This document shows positions 9,928-19,547 of a stretch of 64,000 bases of DNA, piece by piece. The notes below the pieces were generated by a model. That model was given only the letters and a program-made list of their open reading frames with translations, did no database searches and was not told the DNA's origin. This DNA comes from an uncultured Mollicutes bacterium (lineage in GTDB: Bacteria; Bacillota_I; Bacilli_A; RFN20; CAG-826). A program made the translations under genes and the position numbers. Location: positions 194,748 to 258,747 of the forward strand of contig CAMESG010000001.1 in assembly GCA_945936135.1 (NCBI GenBank), in the 5' to 3' direction. The first letter of the stretch is position 1, and every line of letters begins with the position of its first letter.

Positions 9928-10875
9928 TTAAAGCTCAAAGGGGAGGGAGGTCAAGCAGATGTCGCAGACGTGCTTCTTTTGCCCGTAGATCCCCCCGTCG
10001 TGATCGTTATTTCTTTCAAGTTCATCAAGCAACGAAGCAACGTCTTCTCCTTGTTCCCCTTTTTGGAGGATGTCTTCAATCATAGGAAGATCTAAGGACG
10101 CTTTCTTGTAGCGTTCTTCCAAAGAATCATCGAACCTTTCTTCGGTCGTCGGATCCCTCCACGTCATCTTCTTCTCGTTTAAAACATCCAAGGATTCATA
10201 AGGCTTCAACGAAGGGGGCATCATCAAGGAATAGGGCTTGCTCGTCTTGCCCATGATCTTGCGGATCAGTTTCCTCTTTATACCATGACGCGACGCCAAA
10301 ATACGCATTATCAGGCGAAAATCCAAATAGGATTCGTAAAAGGAATCGTCCTTCAAAGGCATAGAGGAACCCGCCATCCAAAGTTTGGACAGAAGGATTC
10401 CGTCTTCCTTGGATAGTTTGGGCAACGCCTTGAAAGAAGAAACCGGGTAATGGTGCTTCTCGGCCAAGGCGCGATCCATCAAGGATTCGAAATAGCCATG
10501 ATAAAAGACGTAAATCCCGCCATACTTCCCATTTTCGTCAAAGCCTGAACGGTAGAAAACATAAGGGTGGACCGCTCGATCCAAGGCGAAATGGGACAAT
10601 AGGCCATAAAGATAGCTAAAGCACTTCTTTTTCTCTTCGCCTCCTAGGCTCGCGGCATAGGCGATCATCTTTCCATAGGCCAAGGAGAGATGGGTATTGT
10701 GCATCAATCCTCCCCAAGGCATGACCTCACCCATGTCATTCCGTTTCCGGAAAGGGATCATGCCGTAGGCCATGAAAGGATCCGGCCCCTCCGAACCAAT
10801 TCTAGCTAAATCGGGATAGGGGCAAGACGAAAGATAGAGATCGGCGAAGATCCGATGCGCGATGGCTGCCGGCAT
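9928..10875 (-). CDS. zinc-dependent phospholipase C-like domain protein (hypothetical)
   Basis: 315 aa with His-rich motifs (HRIFADLY, HFALDRAVHPYVFY) like Zn-PLC-fold proteins. Confidence 0.45.
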   Translation of the reverse strand: MPAAIAHRIFADLYLSSCPYPDLARIGSEGPDPFMAYGMIPFRKRNDMGEVMPWGGLMHNTHLSLAYGKMIAYAASLGGEEKKKCFSYLYGLLSHFALDRAVHPYVFYRSGFDENGKYGGIYVFYHGYFESLMDRALAEKHHYPVSSFKALPKLSKEDGILLSKLWMAGSSMPLKDDSFYESYLDFRLIMRILASRHGIKRKLIRKIMGKTSKPYSLMMPPSLKPYESLDVLNEKKMTWRDPTTEERFDDSLEERYKKASLDLPMIEDILQKGEQGEDVASLLDELERNNDHDGGIYGQKKHVCDICLTSLPFEL

Positions 10876-12311
10876 CAGTCTTCCTCGCCGAGGGCTTCTA
10901 GGCCTTTCGCGATCTTGGTCTTCGTCGTCTTCACGTTCTTGATGGCGAGGAAGATGCCAAGCGAAACGGCGACGCAGACAAGGGCGTAAATTGGGAGTAA
11001 TTCCCAGGTGAAACTAGGCAACAAAAGCAAGGAACCGAGGGCGATCGGGGTGATCGTCTGGGCCGCCATCGAAGAAGCGTAATAGTAGCCCGTGAAGGCA
11101 CCGATCTTCTTCTTGGAGCAAAGCTCGACGACCATCGGGAAGGAATTGATATGCACCAAGGACATGCCAAGGCCCTTGAAGAAGAAAACAATATAGATAT
11201 AGATCGGGAAGGAGCCCGTCGCGGGGATCGTGAAGGTGCAAATCGCCCAGGCAACATAGGCAAGGGCGGTCATGCCCAAACCACTAACGACCGTCCATTT
11301 GCGCCCGATCTTTTCGGCGATCAAGCCGCCAAGGACGAAGCCAAGGACGCTACCAGCGCCGCCAACGATCGTGTTGATCATGTTCGAGGCGGTGCTGCAG
11401 CCTAAGTAATAGATCGTGTAGTTCGCCATGAAGGTCCCGATGCCGTTATCGGCCATGAACCAGAAGAATTCGGCGCCCAAGATCAAATAGAGCATGATGC
11501 GGTTCGCTTGGGTAAGCGGGGCATCGTCGTTGGTGATCTTGTCTTCGATCTCCGCGACCTTTTCGCCGGCATCGAGCTCGTCCTTCAATTTCTCGGCGAG
11601 CTCGTTTTCGCGGATATTGAAGAACAAAACGATCGCAGAGACGATCATGAGGACGCTCGCGACAAGGAAGGGCGCTTCAATCGCCCAGATGTTGTGATAG
11701 GCCCAGGTATCCATCCCGGCTTTGCCGCGACCCAAATAGTCGGACAAAACGAAGACGATGCCGACGGCCATCGCGACGAAACCGCCGATGTAGCCCATGA
11801 TGTTGATGATGCCATTGGCTTTCGAGCGAAGGGGCTTCGGGGTGATGTCCGGCATCAAAGCGACCGCCGGGTTGCGATACATCATGCCCGAAACAACGAC
11901 AACCGCCATGACGCCGATGACGCCCGCGAGGTTGTTGTAATGGAATAAAAGAGGAATGAAGGGCAAAGCGACCGCGCAGAGGAAGGTGCCCATCAAGATG
12001 TACGGCATGCGCTTCCCGATCTTGGTATGGGTCTTGTCGCTAAGCCGCCCAAAGATCGGCATCAAGATAAGCGCTGCTACGTTATCAAGCGCCATGACAA
12101 TGCCGACAAGATATTGCACTTCTTCGCTTCTCTCGGTCGGGTTGATGCCCATTGCGTTGCAGAATAGCTCGCTTAGGAAGGGCGGGCACCAGGAATCGTA
12201 GACCTGCCACATGAGCAAGATGCCAAAAAAGGCAAAACCGATCAGCATCGTCCGCTTCACGTTCAAGCGAAACGGCGCGCCGGCGGTTGCCGCGTCTGTT
12301 TGTTTCTTCAT
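10875..12311 (-). CDS. MFS transporter, glycoside-pentoside-hexuronide:cation symporter-like
   Basis: About 12 TM segments, with a GRLSDKTHTKIGKRMPY loop motif typical of GPH/sucrose-type symporters. ATG at 12309-12311 is preceded by AAAGGAAAT. Confidence 0.75.
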   Translation of the reverse strand: MKKQTDAATAGAPFRLNVKRTMLIGFAFFGILLMWQVYDSWCPPFLSELFCNAMGINPTERSEEVQYLVGIVMALDNVAALILMPIFGRLSDKTHTKIGKRMPYILMGTFLCAVALPFIPLLFHYNNLAGVIGVMAVVVVSGMMYRNPAVALMPDITPKPLRSKANGIINIMGYIGGFVAMAVGIVFVLSDYLGRGKAGMDTWAYHNIWAIEAPFLVASVLMIVSAIVLFFNIRENELAEKLKDELDAGEKVAEIEDKITNDDAPLTQANRIMLYLILGAEFFWFMADNGIGTFMANYTIYYLGCSTASNMINTIVGGAGSVLGFVLGGLIAEKIGRKWTVVSGLGMTALAYVAWAICTFTIPATGSFPIYIYIVFFFKGLGMSLVHINSFPMVVELCSKKKIGAFTGYYYASSMAAQTITPIALGSLLLLPSFTWELLPIYALVCVAVSLGIFLAIKNVKTTKTKIAKGLEALGEED

Positions 12312-12536
12312 AGATATTTCCTTTGTGTACAAATATGTTAACAAGAAAGAAACTGGTTATCTAGAAAAAGTAATAAGTCTCCGCATTGGAAAGAGGGTTC
12401 TTTCCGGTTCTCTTTCGGAAGACAAAACGCACTTATGATCAAGGGAAGAACCTCCAAAATACCGCAATTTCGTGTTCTTTCTTTCGAAACTGCGCGGTTT
12501 TTAAAAAGCCTTCCGTCTTGGAAGGCTCAAGGATGA

Positions 12537-13283
12537 TCAATCTTCGATCTTTCTCTTTTTCGACATCCACGCATCGACGGGACCGGCGATCACGTAGTAA
12601 ATGGGGATGAAAAGGAAGAGGACCCAGCCTGGGTGCCAGAAAGAAGGAAGGTCGTAACAGCTAAAGGCGATACCAAGGCCACAATAGATCGCCGTGACCA
12701 AGACGGGGAAGAAGAAATCGCTCATCTTTTTGCGGATGATCGCGGTTCCTACGCTCACGAAGGAAAGCGCAAAGAGGATGACCGTCCATCCCGCGGCCCA
12801 GCCAACGCCATTATGAGTCCAGAAGAAGCCAAGCAGGAGGTAGACGATCGTCGAAATTAGCGCCGCCAAAGGATAGGCAAGCGCATCGTACTTCGCGCTT
12901 TTCCTTTGAAGCATCCTTTCCTCGATCTCCTCTGGGTCGTCTTCGTCGTGGCTATTGTCCGTGATCTTGATCCCGAGGTTCGAGATATGGATTTCCGACC
13001 CTTCATCGTCTACGAGGTGAATTCCGTCGCCGCCGATGTTGGTCGAGGATTTTGCTTCTTCTTTTTCTTCGTTGCTACCAAGGTTAAGACCAAGGAGTTC
13101 ATCCATGGAAACGCCATAAAGCTTGGATAAGGCGATCAGGTTATCCGTGTCGGGGCTCGCTTCCCCTCGTTCCCATTTGGAAACGGCTTGGCGGGATAGC
13201 CCAAGCTTGTCGGCAAGTTGTTCCTGGCTGTAGCCGGCTTTCTTGCGGAATTCAACTAAGCGATTCGCGATTTCAATGTTCAT
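12537..13283 (-). CDS. XRE-family HTH regulator with C-terminal 4-TM membrane anchor
   Basis: N-terminus MNIEIANRLVEFRKKAGYSQEQLADKLGLSRQAVSKWERGEASPDTDNLIALSKLYGVSMDELLG is a canonical HTH_3. An acidic linker and four hydrophobic helices follow. RBS AAGAGGAATGG precedes the ATG at 13281-13283. Confidence 0.75.
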   Translation of the reverse strand: MNIEIANRLVEFRKKAGYSQEQLADKLGLSRQAVSKWERGEASPDTDNLIALSKLYGVSMDELLGLNLGSNEEKEEAKSSTNIGGDGIHLVDDEGSEIHISNLGIKITDNSHDEDDPEEIEERMLQRKSAKYDALAYPLAALISTIVYLLLGFFWTHNGVGWAAGWTVILFALSFVSVGTAIIRKKMSDFFFPVLVTAIYCGLGIAFSCYDLPSFWHPGWVLFLFIPIYYVIAGPVDAWMSKKRKIED

Positions 13284-13519
13284 GATCCATTCCTCTTTTC
13301 TAGGTTCGCCAAAGTTTGGGATTTTCTGTCGTTTGCTTCCACCGCTTCTGCTTTCCAAGGGAGGAAACTTTTGGTTGCCCGTTTGATCTCAACAAGATTT
13401 TACCGCAAATCAGAGGGATCCATGTAGGATTTTCTAAGTAATATTTTGCCTCTACACAAAATTTGATTTGGACCGATTTGGTTTTTTTTGCCGAGAGCGA
13501 AGAGAACCTTAGGTTGCAA

Positions 13520-13545
13520 GGCAAAAGAAAAGGGGCCGAAGCCCC
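13520..13545 (-). terminator. rho-independent terminator after the Wzy_C-like gene
   Basis: Minus-strand hairpin GGGGCTTCGGCCCC followed by TTTTCTTTTG. Confidence 0.5.
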
Positions 13546-13550
13546 ATAGG

Positions 13551-15707
13551 TTAGGATTCAAAGCCCATCGTTGGGTAGAGATAGGTCTTATTGTGTTTGT
13601 ATCTTCTGCGTTCGGCGCGGCGATCGCAGGCGCGGAGTGAATCTTGGAAGCGGCGCTGCTTTGCCTTCAAGGCGCGCTTCGTCAAGAAGATATGCACCTT
13701 GATCTCAGAGCGCTCCTCCTTTAAAGAATAAGGATAATAGGCTTTCTCGTGGAGGCTTGTCGCTTCTAGGAAGAAGAACGACAAGACGATTGGGAGGAAG
13801 AAAGAGGCGACGATCGCGTAACGGCTTTGCATCTCGGCGAAAAGAGAATCGAAGGCATGGACGGCGATCATCGTCGTCAAAGCGATTAAGACATAGGGGA
13901 GGTAGGCGTGACGGAATAGTTTGCCGTTAAAGCCATAGCGCGCTTGACGGGTCGCGGAGCACATCCAGATGAAGGAGAGTAGAGGCAAGGCCAAGGCGTA
14001 ATAGCCATAAGGCAACAACGAAACGGGAATCGCGGCAAAGCAAAGGAGGATCGAGAAGAACCCTTCGACAAAGGCCAAGCCCTTGCGTTCGAAGAACGAC
14101 AAGGCAAAGGCGATGTAAGGAACGCAGAAATAGACGGCCAAGACGGCAAGATGCAACGGAATGCTTTGCAAGATGTCGATCGAATAATGAGCGCCAATAG
14201 GATTAGCGATCGCAAGGAAAGTCAAAGCGAAGGGCGAAAGGATATAGAAGGCAACGGTCGCTTTTCTCGTCGCGGAGAGTTCGTAGCGGACTTTCTTTGG
14301 GAATGAAAGAGAGCCGTAGAACGCTCCATCTTCCGCTTCTCTTCCATAAAGGCGCTCGTAATTATCGGAGAACACGGGAAAGAAGGTCAAAAGGACGACC
14401 ACCAGGCTTTTCGCATCCATCAAGAAGAAATCGGTGGATTCGCTCATGCCATGCATCGCAAGCATGATCGTCAATAGGGCGTAGGTGAAATAGAGTCCGA
14501 CTTTCTTTCTCGCGTTGAGGGCAAGATAGACCAAGAGGATCAAGACGAAGATGCCGCCAAAGATCAAGCCCGCAATGCCGTTGCGAACCAAGATATCGAT
14601 GATGCCATTGTGCGTCCAAGCCGTGAAGCCTTCCGTTCCGGTTTGAAGCGCGTGGTTCAAGGAATTGACGTTACGATAGCCAACGCCAAGCCAAAGCCTC
14701 GCCGGCGTATCGAGTTCCGCGATGCAACCTTGCCAGATGCTGATGCGCGCATCCAAGGTCGCGGTGCTTTCCATGTTCTCCACGAGGTTGTGGACAAATT
14801 TATTGAAACCATCGAAGGCTTTGGGAAGGACGTTCGTATAGCCACCCAAAACCATAAAAGTCGCGGATCCCAAAAGGATCACGGCCCACAAAAGGTTGCG
14901 CAAAGGATGCGATTTGAACGTTTTGAAGAAACGATAGAAAAGATAGACGAGGGCAAAGATCGAGCCAAGGAAGATCGCGGTGCGGGAAAGGCAAAGGACC
15001 ACGAAGAGTTCGAAGACAAGCATCAAAACGTACCAAAAGAAATTTGGGCGAGCTTCGTTCCAAAGGGCGCAAGCGCAAACCCCGAAGAAGAGAAGCGTCC
15101 CGAAGGTATTGCGGTTGTTCGTGAAGGAAAGAAGCCTTACATCCGGGAATTGCTCCAAATTCGAGAAGAAAGAGGCGATGATCTCATGCTCGGCAATCAA
15201 CGACCAAACGCAGGCGGACAAGGCCAAGGCGATCATTACGAAGGCGCAAAACAAAGCGATTCTCCGTCCGCGGGTGACCCTAGGCCCAACCGCGAAGCAA
15301 AGATAAAGCATGCAGACCGAGGCGATAAACGCCATGATCGAACGCATCCGATCCGCTTGGCCGAAGGTATATTCATACCCCGTCTTCAAGGTCAGCGTCT
15401 CGGGGAAAAGAAGGATGCCCCCAATGCCGCAGCCAAGTAGCCCTAGCAACAGGAAATCCATCCACACGGGTTCGCGGTAATGGAAGCGATGCTTCCCGAA
15501 CCAAACAAAGGCGATGAAGCCGATGTAGAAGACCGTGGAGGTCAGATAGTACTCCAAGTCATTCATCCTCGCCGCGATCGAGAAACCCTCGTTCAAGAAA
15601 GGAATTTCGTTGATCAAGAATGCCCCGATGCCTAAGAGAAGGCAAAGGAAGACGCTGGAAAGAAAATAAGGGCTTGGTTTGCGCAATGTAGTCGATGTTG
15701 CTTTCAT
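13551..15707 (-). CDS. large polytopic membrane protein with O-antigen ligase / Wzy_C-like domain
   Basis: More than 15 TM segments, with the Wzy_C-like motif WTHNGIIDILVRNGIAGLIFG. ATG at 15705-15707. The ORF-track extension to 15848 overlaps the tRNAs and is not real. Confidence 0.6.
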   Translation of the reverse strand: MKATSTTLRKPSPYFLSSVFLCLLLGIGAFLINEIPFLNEGFSIAARMNDLEYYLTSTVFYIGFIAFVWFGKHRFHYREPVWMDFLLLGLLGCGIGGILLFPETLTLKTGYEYTFGQADRMRSIMAFIASVCMLYLCFAVGPRVTRGRRIALFCAFVMIALALSACVWSLIAEHEIIASFFSNLEQFPDVRLLSFTNNRNTFGTLLFFGVCACALWNEARPNFFWYVLMLVFELFVVLCLSRTAIFLGSIFALVYLFYRFFKTFKSHPLRNLLWAVILLGSATFMVLGGYTNVLPKAFDGFNKFVHNLVENMESTATLDARISIWQGCIAELDTPARLWLGVGYRNVNSLNHALQTGTEGFTAWTHNGIIDILVRNGIAGLIFGGIFVLILLVYLALNARKKVGLYFTYALLTIMLAMHGMSESTDFFLMDAKSLVVVLLTFFPVFSDNYERLYGREAEDGAFYGSLSFPKKVRYELSATRKATVAFYILSPFALTFLAIANPIGAHYSIDILQSIPLHLAVLAVYFCVPYIAFALSFFERKGLAFVEGFFSILLCFAAIPVSLLPYGYYALALPLLSFIWMCSATRQARYGFNGKLFRHAYLPYVLIALTTMIAVHAFDSLFAEMQSRYAIVASFFLPIVLSFFFLEATSLHEKAYYPYSLKEERSEIKVHIFLTKRALKAKQRRFQDSLRACDRRAERRRYKHNKTYLYPTMGFES

Positions 15708-15816
15708 GCGGGTTATCTTAGCGCATACACGCGCACTTGAAAACCCGCATAAACGGGAAAATTGGGAAGAAAACAAGGAAAAATCTCCCGCGAAGGGAGA
15801 TTCATCTTTGATCTGG

Positions 15817-15889
<73 letters not shown>

Positions 15890-15897
15890 AGATCGCT

Positions 15898-15974
15898 TGG
15901 CGGACCATACGGGATTCGAACCCGTGATCTCTTCCGTGACAGGGAAGCATGTTGGGCCGCTACACCAATGGTCC
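15898..15974 (-). tRNA. tRNA-Asp (GTC)
   Basis: Reverse complement GGACCATTGGTGTAGCGGCCCAACATGCTTCCCTGTCACGGAAGAGATCACGGGTTCGAATCCCGTATGGTCCGCCA. Anticodon loop CTGTCAC. Confidence 0.85.
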
Positions 15975-16069
15975 AAGCGCTTTGATATTATCCTTATAGG
16001 GCAATAGAAAATCAAGCACGAATTTTAAATTTTCCGGAATGCGCTTTTTCCCCGTTTCGATCGAGAGAA

Positions 16070-16104
16070 AAGCAAAGAAAAAGGCGCGCCTAGGAGGACG
16101 CGCC
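16070..16104 (-). terminator. rho-independent terminator downstream of membrane-protein gene 16112-16789
   Basis: GGCGCG...CGCGCC hairpin with a T-rich tract on the minus strand. Confidence 0.5.
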
Positions 16105-16111
16105 AGATGGT

Positions 16112-16789
16112 TTATTCTTGCACTTCAACTTCTTTGATCTCAGGGCAGTAATCGTGGAAGAGATTCACAAAGCCCGTGAGGAGCAAGATGATGAAGACGA
16201 GACGACTCGCGCCGAAACCGAACCAATAGGAGAAATCCCCGTTATGGCTATAGGCGTTGAGGATGCTGTAGCTGTTATCGCCGGCACATCCGAAGAAGAA
16301 CATGACGGAGGAAACGAGGAAGAAGACCCAATAAGCGCCGAGATGGTCGCCATCGAAGGCTTTCTTCGCGTAGAGGATCATCGTTCCAACCGTGCCAATT
16401 GCCGCCGCGAGATAGATTAGACCCGTGACGATGTTGACGGAGCCCTGGACAAAGGCGTAACTCGCGAAAGCGATTTCGTAAGCCAAGACGATGAGCGTGC
16501 CGATTTCCACCGCCAGGATGTGGCTGCTCTTCTTCCGGAAGAAGAGATCGAGGAACATCAAGACGAAGAAGGCAGCGGAGAACACATAGAAGACCATGGA
16601 GAGGATCACATCTCCTTCGTGGAGGTAGGCGTCGACCGCTTCGTCGGGACGGAGGTATTCTAGCTTCCAGTTATAGCCCGCGGGATCCGCGGAAGCCAAG
16701 CCAAAGTAGATGAAGCCAACAAGGGCAATCACGAAGCCGAGAGCGAGAACGACGTAATACCAGTTGATATGGAATTTCTTGTTCATCAT
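16112..16789 (-). CDS. hypothetical integral membrane protein
   Basis: 225 aa from MMNKKFHINWYY with about 6 TM helices. Overlaps the oppF stop by 4 nt. Confidence 0.5.
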   Translation of the reverse strand: MMNKKFHINWYYVVLALGFVIALVGFIYFGLASADPAGYNWKLEYLRPDEAVDAYLHEGDVILSMVFYVFSAAFFVLMFLDLFFRKKSSHILAVEIGTLIVLAYEIAFASYAFVQGSVNIVTGLIYLAAAIGTVGTMILYAKKAFDGDHLGAYWVFFLVSSVMFFFGCAGDNSYSILNAYSHNGDFSYWFGFGASRLVFIILLLTGFVNLFHDYCPEIKEVEVQE

Positions 16790-18027
16790 TCTTCTCCCTT
16801 CGAGGCGTATTTGGCCTTTAGCGCCGCTTCTTCCGCGTCGTTGCAAAGGACGAAGTGTCCCGGGAAAACTTCGCGGAAAGTGGGTTTTTGCGTCGAATAA
16901 TCGTGCACTTCTTGCGGACGATACACTTTTCTTACGCGGTTATGCTCGCTTTCTGGGTCGGGCTTTGGGATGGCGCTAAGAAGGGCTTCGGTGTAAGGAT
17001 GCAAGGGGCGAGCGAAGAGCTCATCAGAGCTCGCAAGCTCGACCATGTCGCCAAAATACATAACGGCAATGCGATCGCAGAAATATTTGACGACGGAAAG
17101 GTCGTGGGCGATGAAGAGCATCGTAAGCCCCATCTCCTCTTTGACTTCGTTTAGAAGATTCAAGACCTGAGCGCGGATCGAGACGTCAAGGGCGCTGATC
17201 GGTTCGTCGCAGATCAAGACCTTGGGGTTCATGACGAGCGCGCGGGCGATGCCGATACGCTGACGCTGGCCGCCCGAGAATTCGTGAGGGTAACGCGAGG
17301 CGTATTCGGGGATCAAGCCGACTTTGGAAAGGACGTCGGCAACGACCTTGCGGTTTTCAGAAGCGTTGTACTTCCCTTGGATATGCAAACCTTCGGCGAT
17401 GATGTCTTCGACGGTCATGCGAGGATCCAAGGAGTCGATCGGATCCTGGAAGATCATCTGGATCTCTTGGCGAAGCTTCTTCGGCGAGTGACGGTTATCG
17501 TAAGCGATCTGCTTGATCTTCGCCTTTTGTTCGGCCACATGGGCGGAAAGCTCGGTTTCGATCTCTTTGATCTTCGCTTCGTAACGCAAAGCGATCGCTT
17601 CTTTTTCGCCTGGGGCGTCCCTCGCTTCGGCAAGTTCGATCTTCATCTCTTCTTTCAAAGAGGCGATCTTGTCCTTGGCGTGAATGCGGCTCCATTTGAT
17701 CTCTTTGCGGTTCCAGCGATCACCCGCGGCAATGCGGACGCCTTTGTAATAGATCGCACCGCTCGTCGGCTTGTATAAACCGATGACCGTGCGTCCGGTC
17801 GTGGTCTTGCCGCAGCCCGATTCCCCGACGATGCCGAAGCATTCGCCGGTTTTGAGGTCGAAGGAGACGTCATGGACAGCCTTCGTCTTGTAGTCGCCTT
17901 GTTGGAAGAATTGCTTGAGGTGACGCACCGAAAGAATGACGTCTTTTTCGTCCAAACTCGGGTCACGGGTCACCTTCTCGTCGACGGCGATGCCATCGAT
18001 GAGGATGTTGCTGCCTATTTTACTCAT
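16786..18027 (-). CDS. oppF: oligopeptide ABC transporter ATP-binding protein with long coiled-coil insertion
   Basis: Walker A GESGCGKTT, signature LSGGQRQR, Walker B ICDEPISALD and a C-terminal oligopeptide/dipeptide-ABC tail. A ~100-aa Lys/Glu-rich insert sits between Walker A and the signature motif. Confidence 0.85.
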   Translation of the reverse strand: MSKIGSNILIDGIAVDEKVTRDPSLDEKDVILSVRHLKQFFQQGDYKTKAVHDVSFDLKTGECFGIVGESGCGKTTTGRTVIGLYKPTSGAIYYKGVRIAAGDRWNRKEIKWSRIHAKDKIASLKEEMKIELAEARDAPGEKEAIALRYEAKIKEIETELSAHVAEQKAKIKQIAYDNRHSPKKLRQEIQMIFQDPIDSLDPRMTVEDIIAEGLHIQGKYNASENRKVVADVLSKVGLIPEYASRYPHEFSGGQRQRIGIARALVMNPKVLICDEPISALDVSIRAQVLNLLNEVKEEMGLTMLFIAHDLSVVKYFCDRIAVMYFGDMVELASSDELFARPLHPYTEALLSAIPKPDPESEHNRVRKVYRPQEVHDYSTQKPTFREVFPGHFVLCNDAEEAALKAKYASKGEE

Positions 18028-19546
18028 GGCGGTCCTCCTTCTTGGCCTTGGCTAAGGAGTTGTTGATGCGCGTAGAGACGATTTTCGGCATCGTCGCCTT
18101 GGGCGCGCGGTCATCCAAGAGCCAAGTCGCGGCGTAGTGGGTGTCGCTAAGTTGGAACATCGGGGGTTCCTTCTTAAAGTCGACGCCTAATGCGTATTTC
18201 GAGCGAAGCGCGAAGGCATCGCCTTTGGGCGGGAAGAGCATGTTCGGCGGGGTGCCGGGGATCGCTTCGAGCTTTTCCTTGCTATCGACGTCAGGGATGG
18301 AGGAAAGCAAGGCCCAGGTATAGGGGTGAGCCGGGGCATAGAAGACGTCTTTCGCCGTGCCGTATTCCACGATCTTGCCCGCGTACATAACCGCGACGCG
18401 ATCCGCCATATTGGCGACGACGCCGAGGTCGTGGGTGATGAAGATAACCGACATGTGGTGACTCTTCTTGAGACGGTTGATAAGTTCGAGGATCTGAGCT
18501 TGGATCGTGACGTCCAAGGCCGTGGTCGGCTCATCGCAAATCAAGACATCCGGTTCCGCGGTAAGCGCGATCGCGATGACGATGCGCTGCCTCATACCGC
18601 CGGAGAACTCGAAGGGATATTGGTTGAAACGGCGTTCCGGTTCCGGGATACCGACTTCCGCCATGATCTTGAGGGCGCGTTCCTTCGCCTCGCGATGGGT
18701 GACGCGGATCTCGCCTAAGTAACGGCGGTGCTCAAGGATGAACTCGCCATAATGGTCGCCGAAATGTTTGACGTCTTTGATCATCGCCTTGAGAATCGGC
18801 AAGAGCTTCTCCTTATGGCGCTGATCGATGTCCGCTTTCATGGCGGCGACCTTCTTCTTGGCTTCTTTCGAGGCGGAAGAAAGGGCGAGTTTTGCTGCCT
18901 TATGTTCTTTGAGGAGCTCGGCTTGTTTGGTCTTGGATTCAACAAGTTTTGCGTCGAATTTTCCTTTAAGCTTTGCCTTTTCCTCTTCGCTTTGCGCGGA
19001 TTTCAAGGCGATCTTAAGGTTCTTCTTTTCGCGTTTGCATTCTTCTTTTTCCAAGGAGAGCAAGCGCGCCGTGTTCTTGACCGCGATGAACTCTTCGTTC
19101 ACGAGGTCGTTGTAATAACGATGGAGGTGGTTGCCTTGGATGATCATGACCTCGGTCATCTGACGACCGATCTTCATGATCGGGTTGAGGGAGGAAAGAG
19201 GATCCTGGAAGATCATACCGATCTTCGTGCCGCGGATGCGGTGAAACTCTTCTTCCGAGACCTTGGTCAAATCTTCGCCTTGGTAGATCACCGAGCCGGA
19301 ATCGATGTGGGCGTTCTTCGGAAGGATGCCCATGATCGTCTTGTTGGTGACCGATTTGCCAGAGCCGGACTCGCCGACGATGCAAAGGGTCTCTTCTTTG
19401 TAAAGATCGAAGGCGACGCCGCGCACCGCGTGGACGTTGCCCCCGTCCGTCGAGAAGGAGATCGAAAGATCGCGAACCGAGAGGACGACTTCTTTGTCCG
19501 AAGGCGTCCCCGTTTCGTAAGGATACTTGATGGTAGGGTAAGCCAT
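18020..19546 (-). CDS. oppD: oligopeptide ABC transporter ATP-binding protein with long insertion
   Basis: GESGSGKSV, FSGGMRQR, ICDEPTTALD. A ~150-aa charged insert is present. Overlaps oppF by 8 nt. Confidence 0.85.
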   Translation of the reverse strand: MAYPTIKYPYETGTPSDKEVVLSVRDLSISFSTDGGNVHAVRGVAFDLYKEETLCIVGESGSGKSVTNKTIMGILPKNAHIDSGSVIYQGEDLTKVSEEEFHRIRGTKIGMIFQDPLSSLNPIMKIGRQMTEVMIIQGNHLHRYYNDLVNEEFIAVKNTARLLSLEKEECKREKKNLKIALKSAQSEEEKAKLKGKFDAKLVESKTKQAELLKEHKAAKLALSSASKEAKKKVAAMKADIDQRHKEKLLPILKAMIKDVKHFGDHYGEFILEHRRYLGEIRVTHREAKERALKIMAEVGIPEPERRFNQYPFEFSGGMRQRIVIAIALTAEPDVLICDEPTTALDVTIQAQILELINRLKKSHHMSVIFITHDLGVVANMADRVAVMYAGKIVEYGTAKDVFYAPAHPYTWALLSSIPDVDSKEKLEAIPGTPPNMLFPPKGDAFALRSKYALGVDFKKEPPMFQLSDTHYAATWLLDDRAPKATMPKIVSTRINNSLAKAKKEDRHE

Positions 19547-19547
19547 A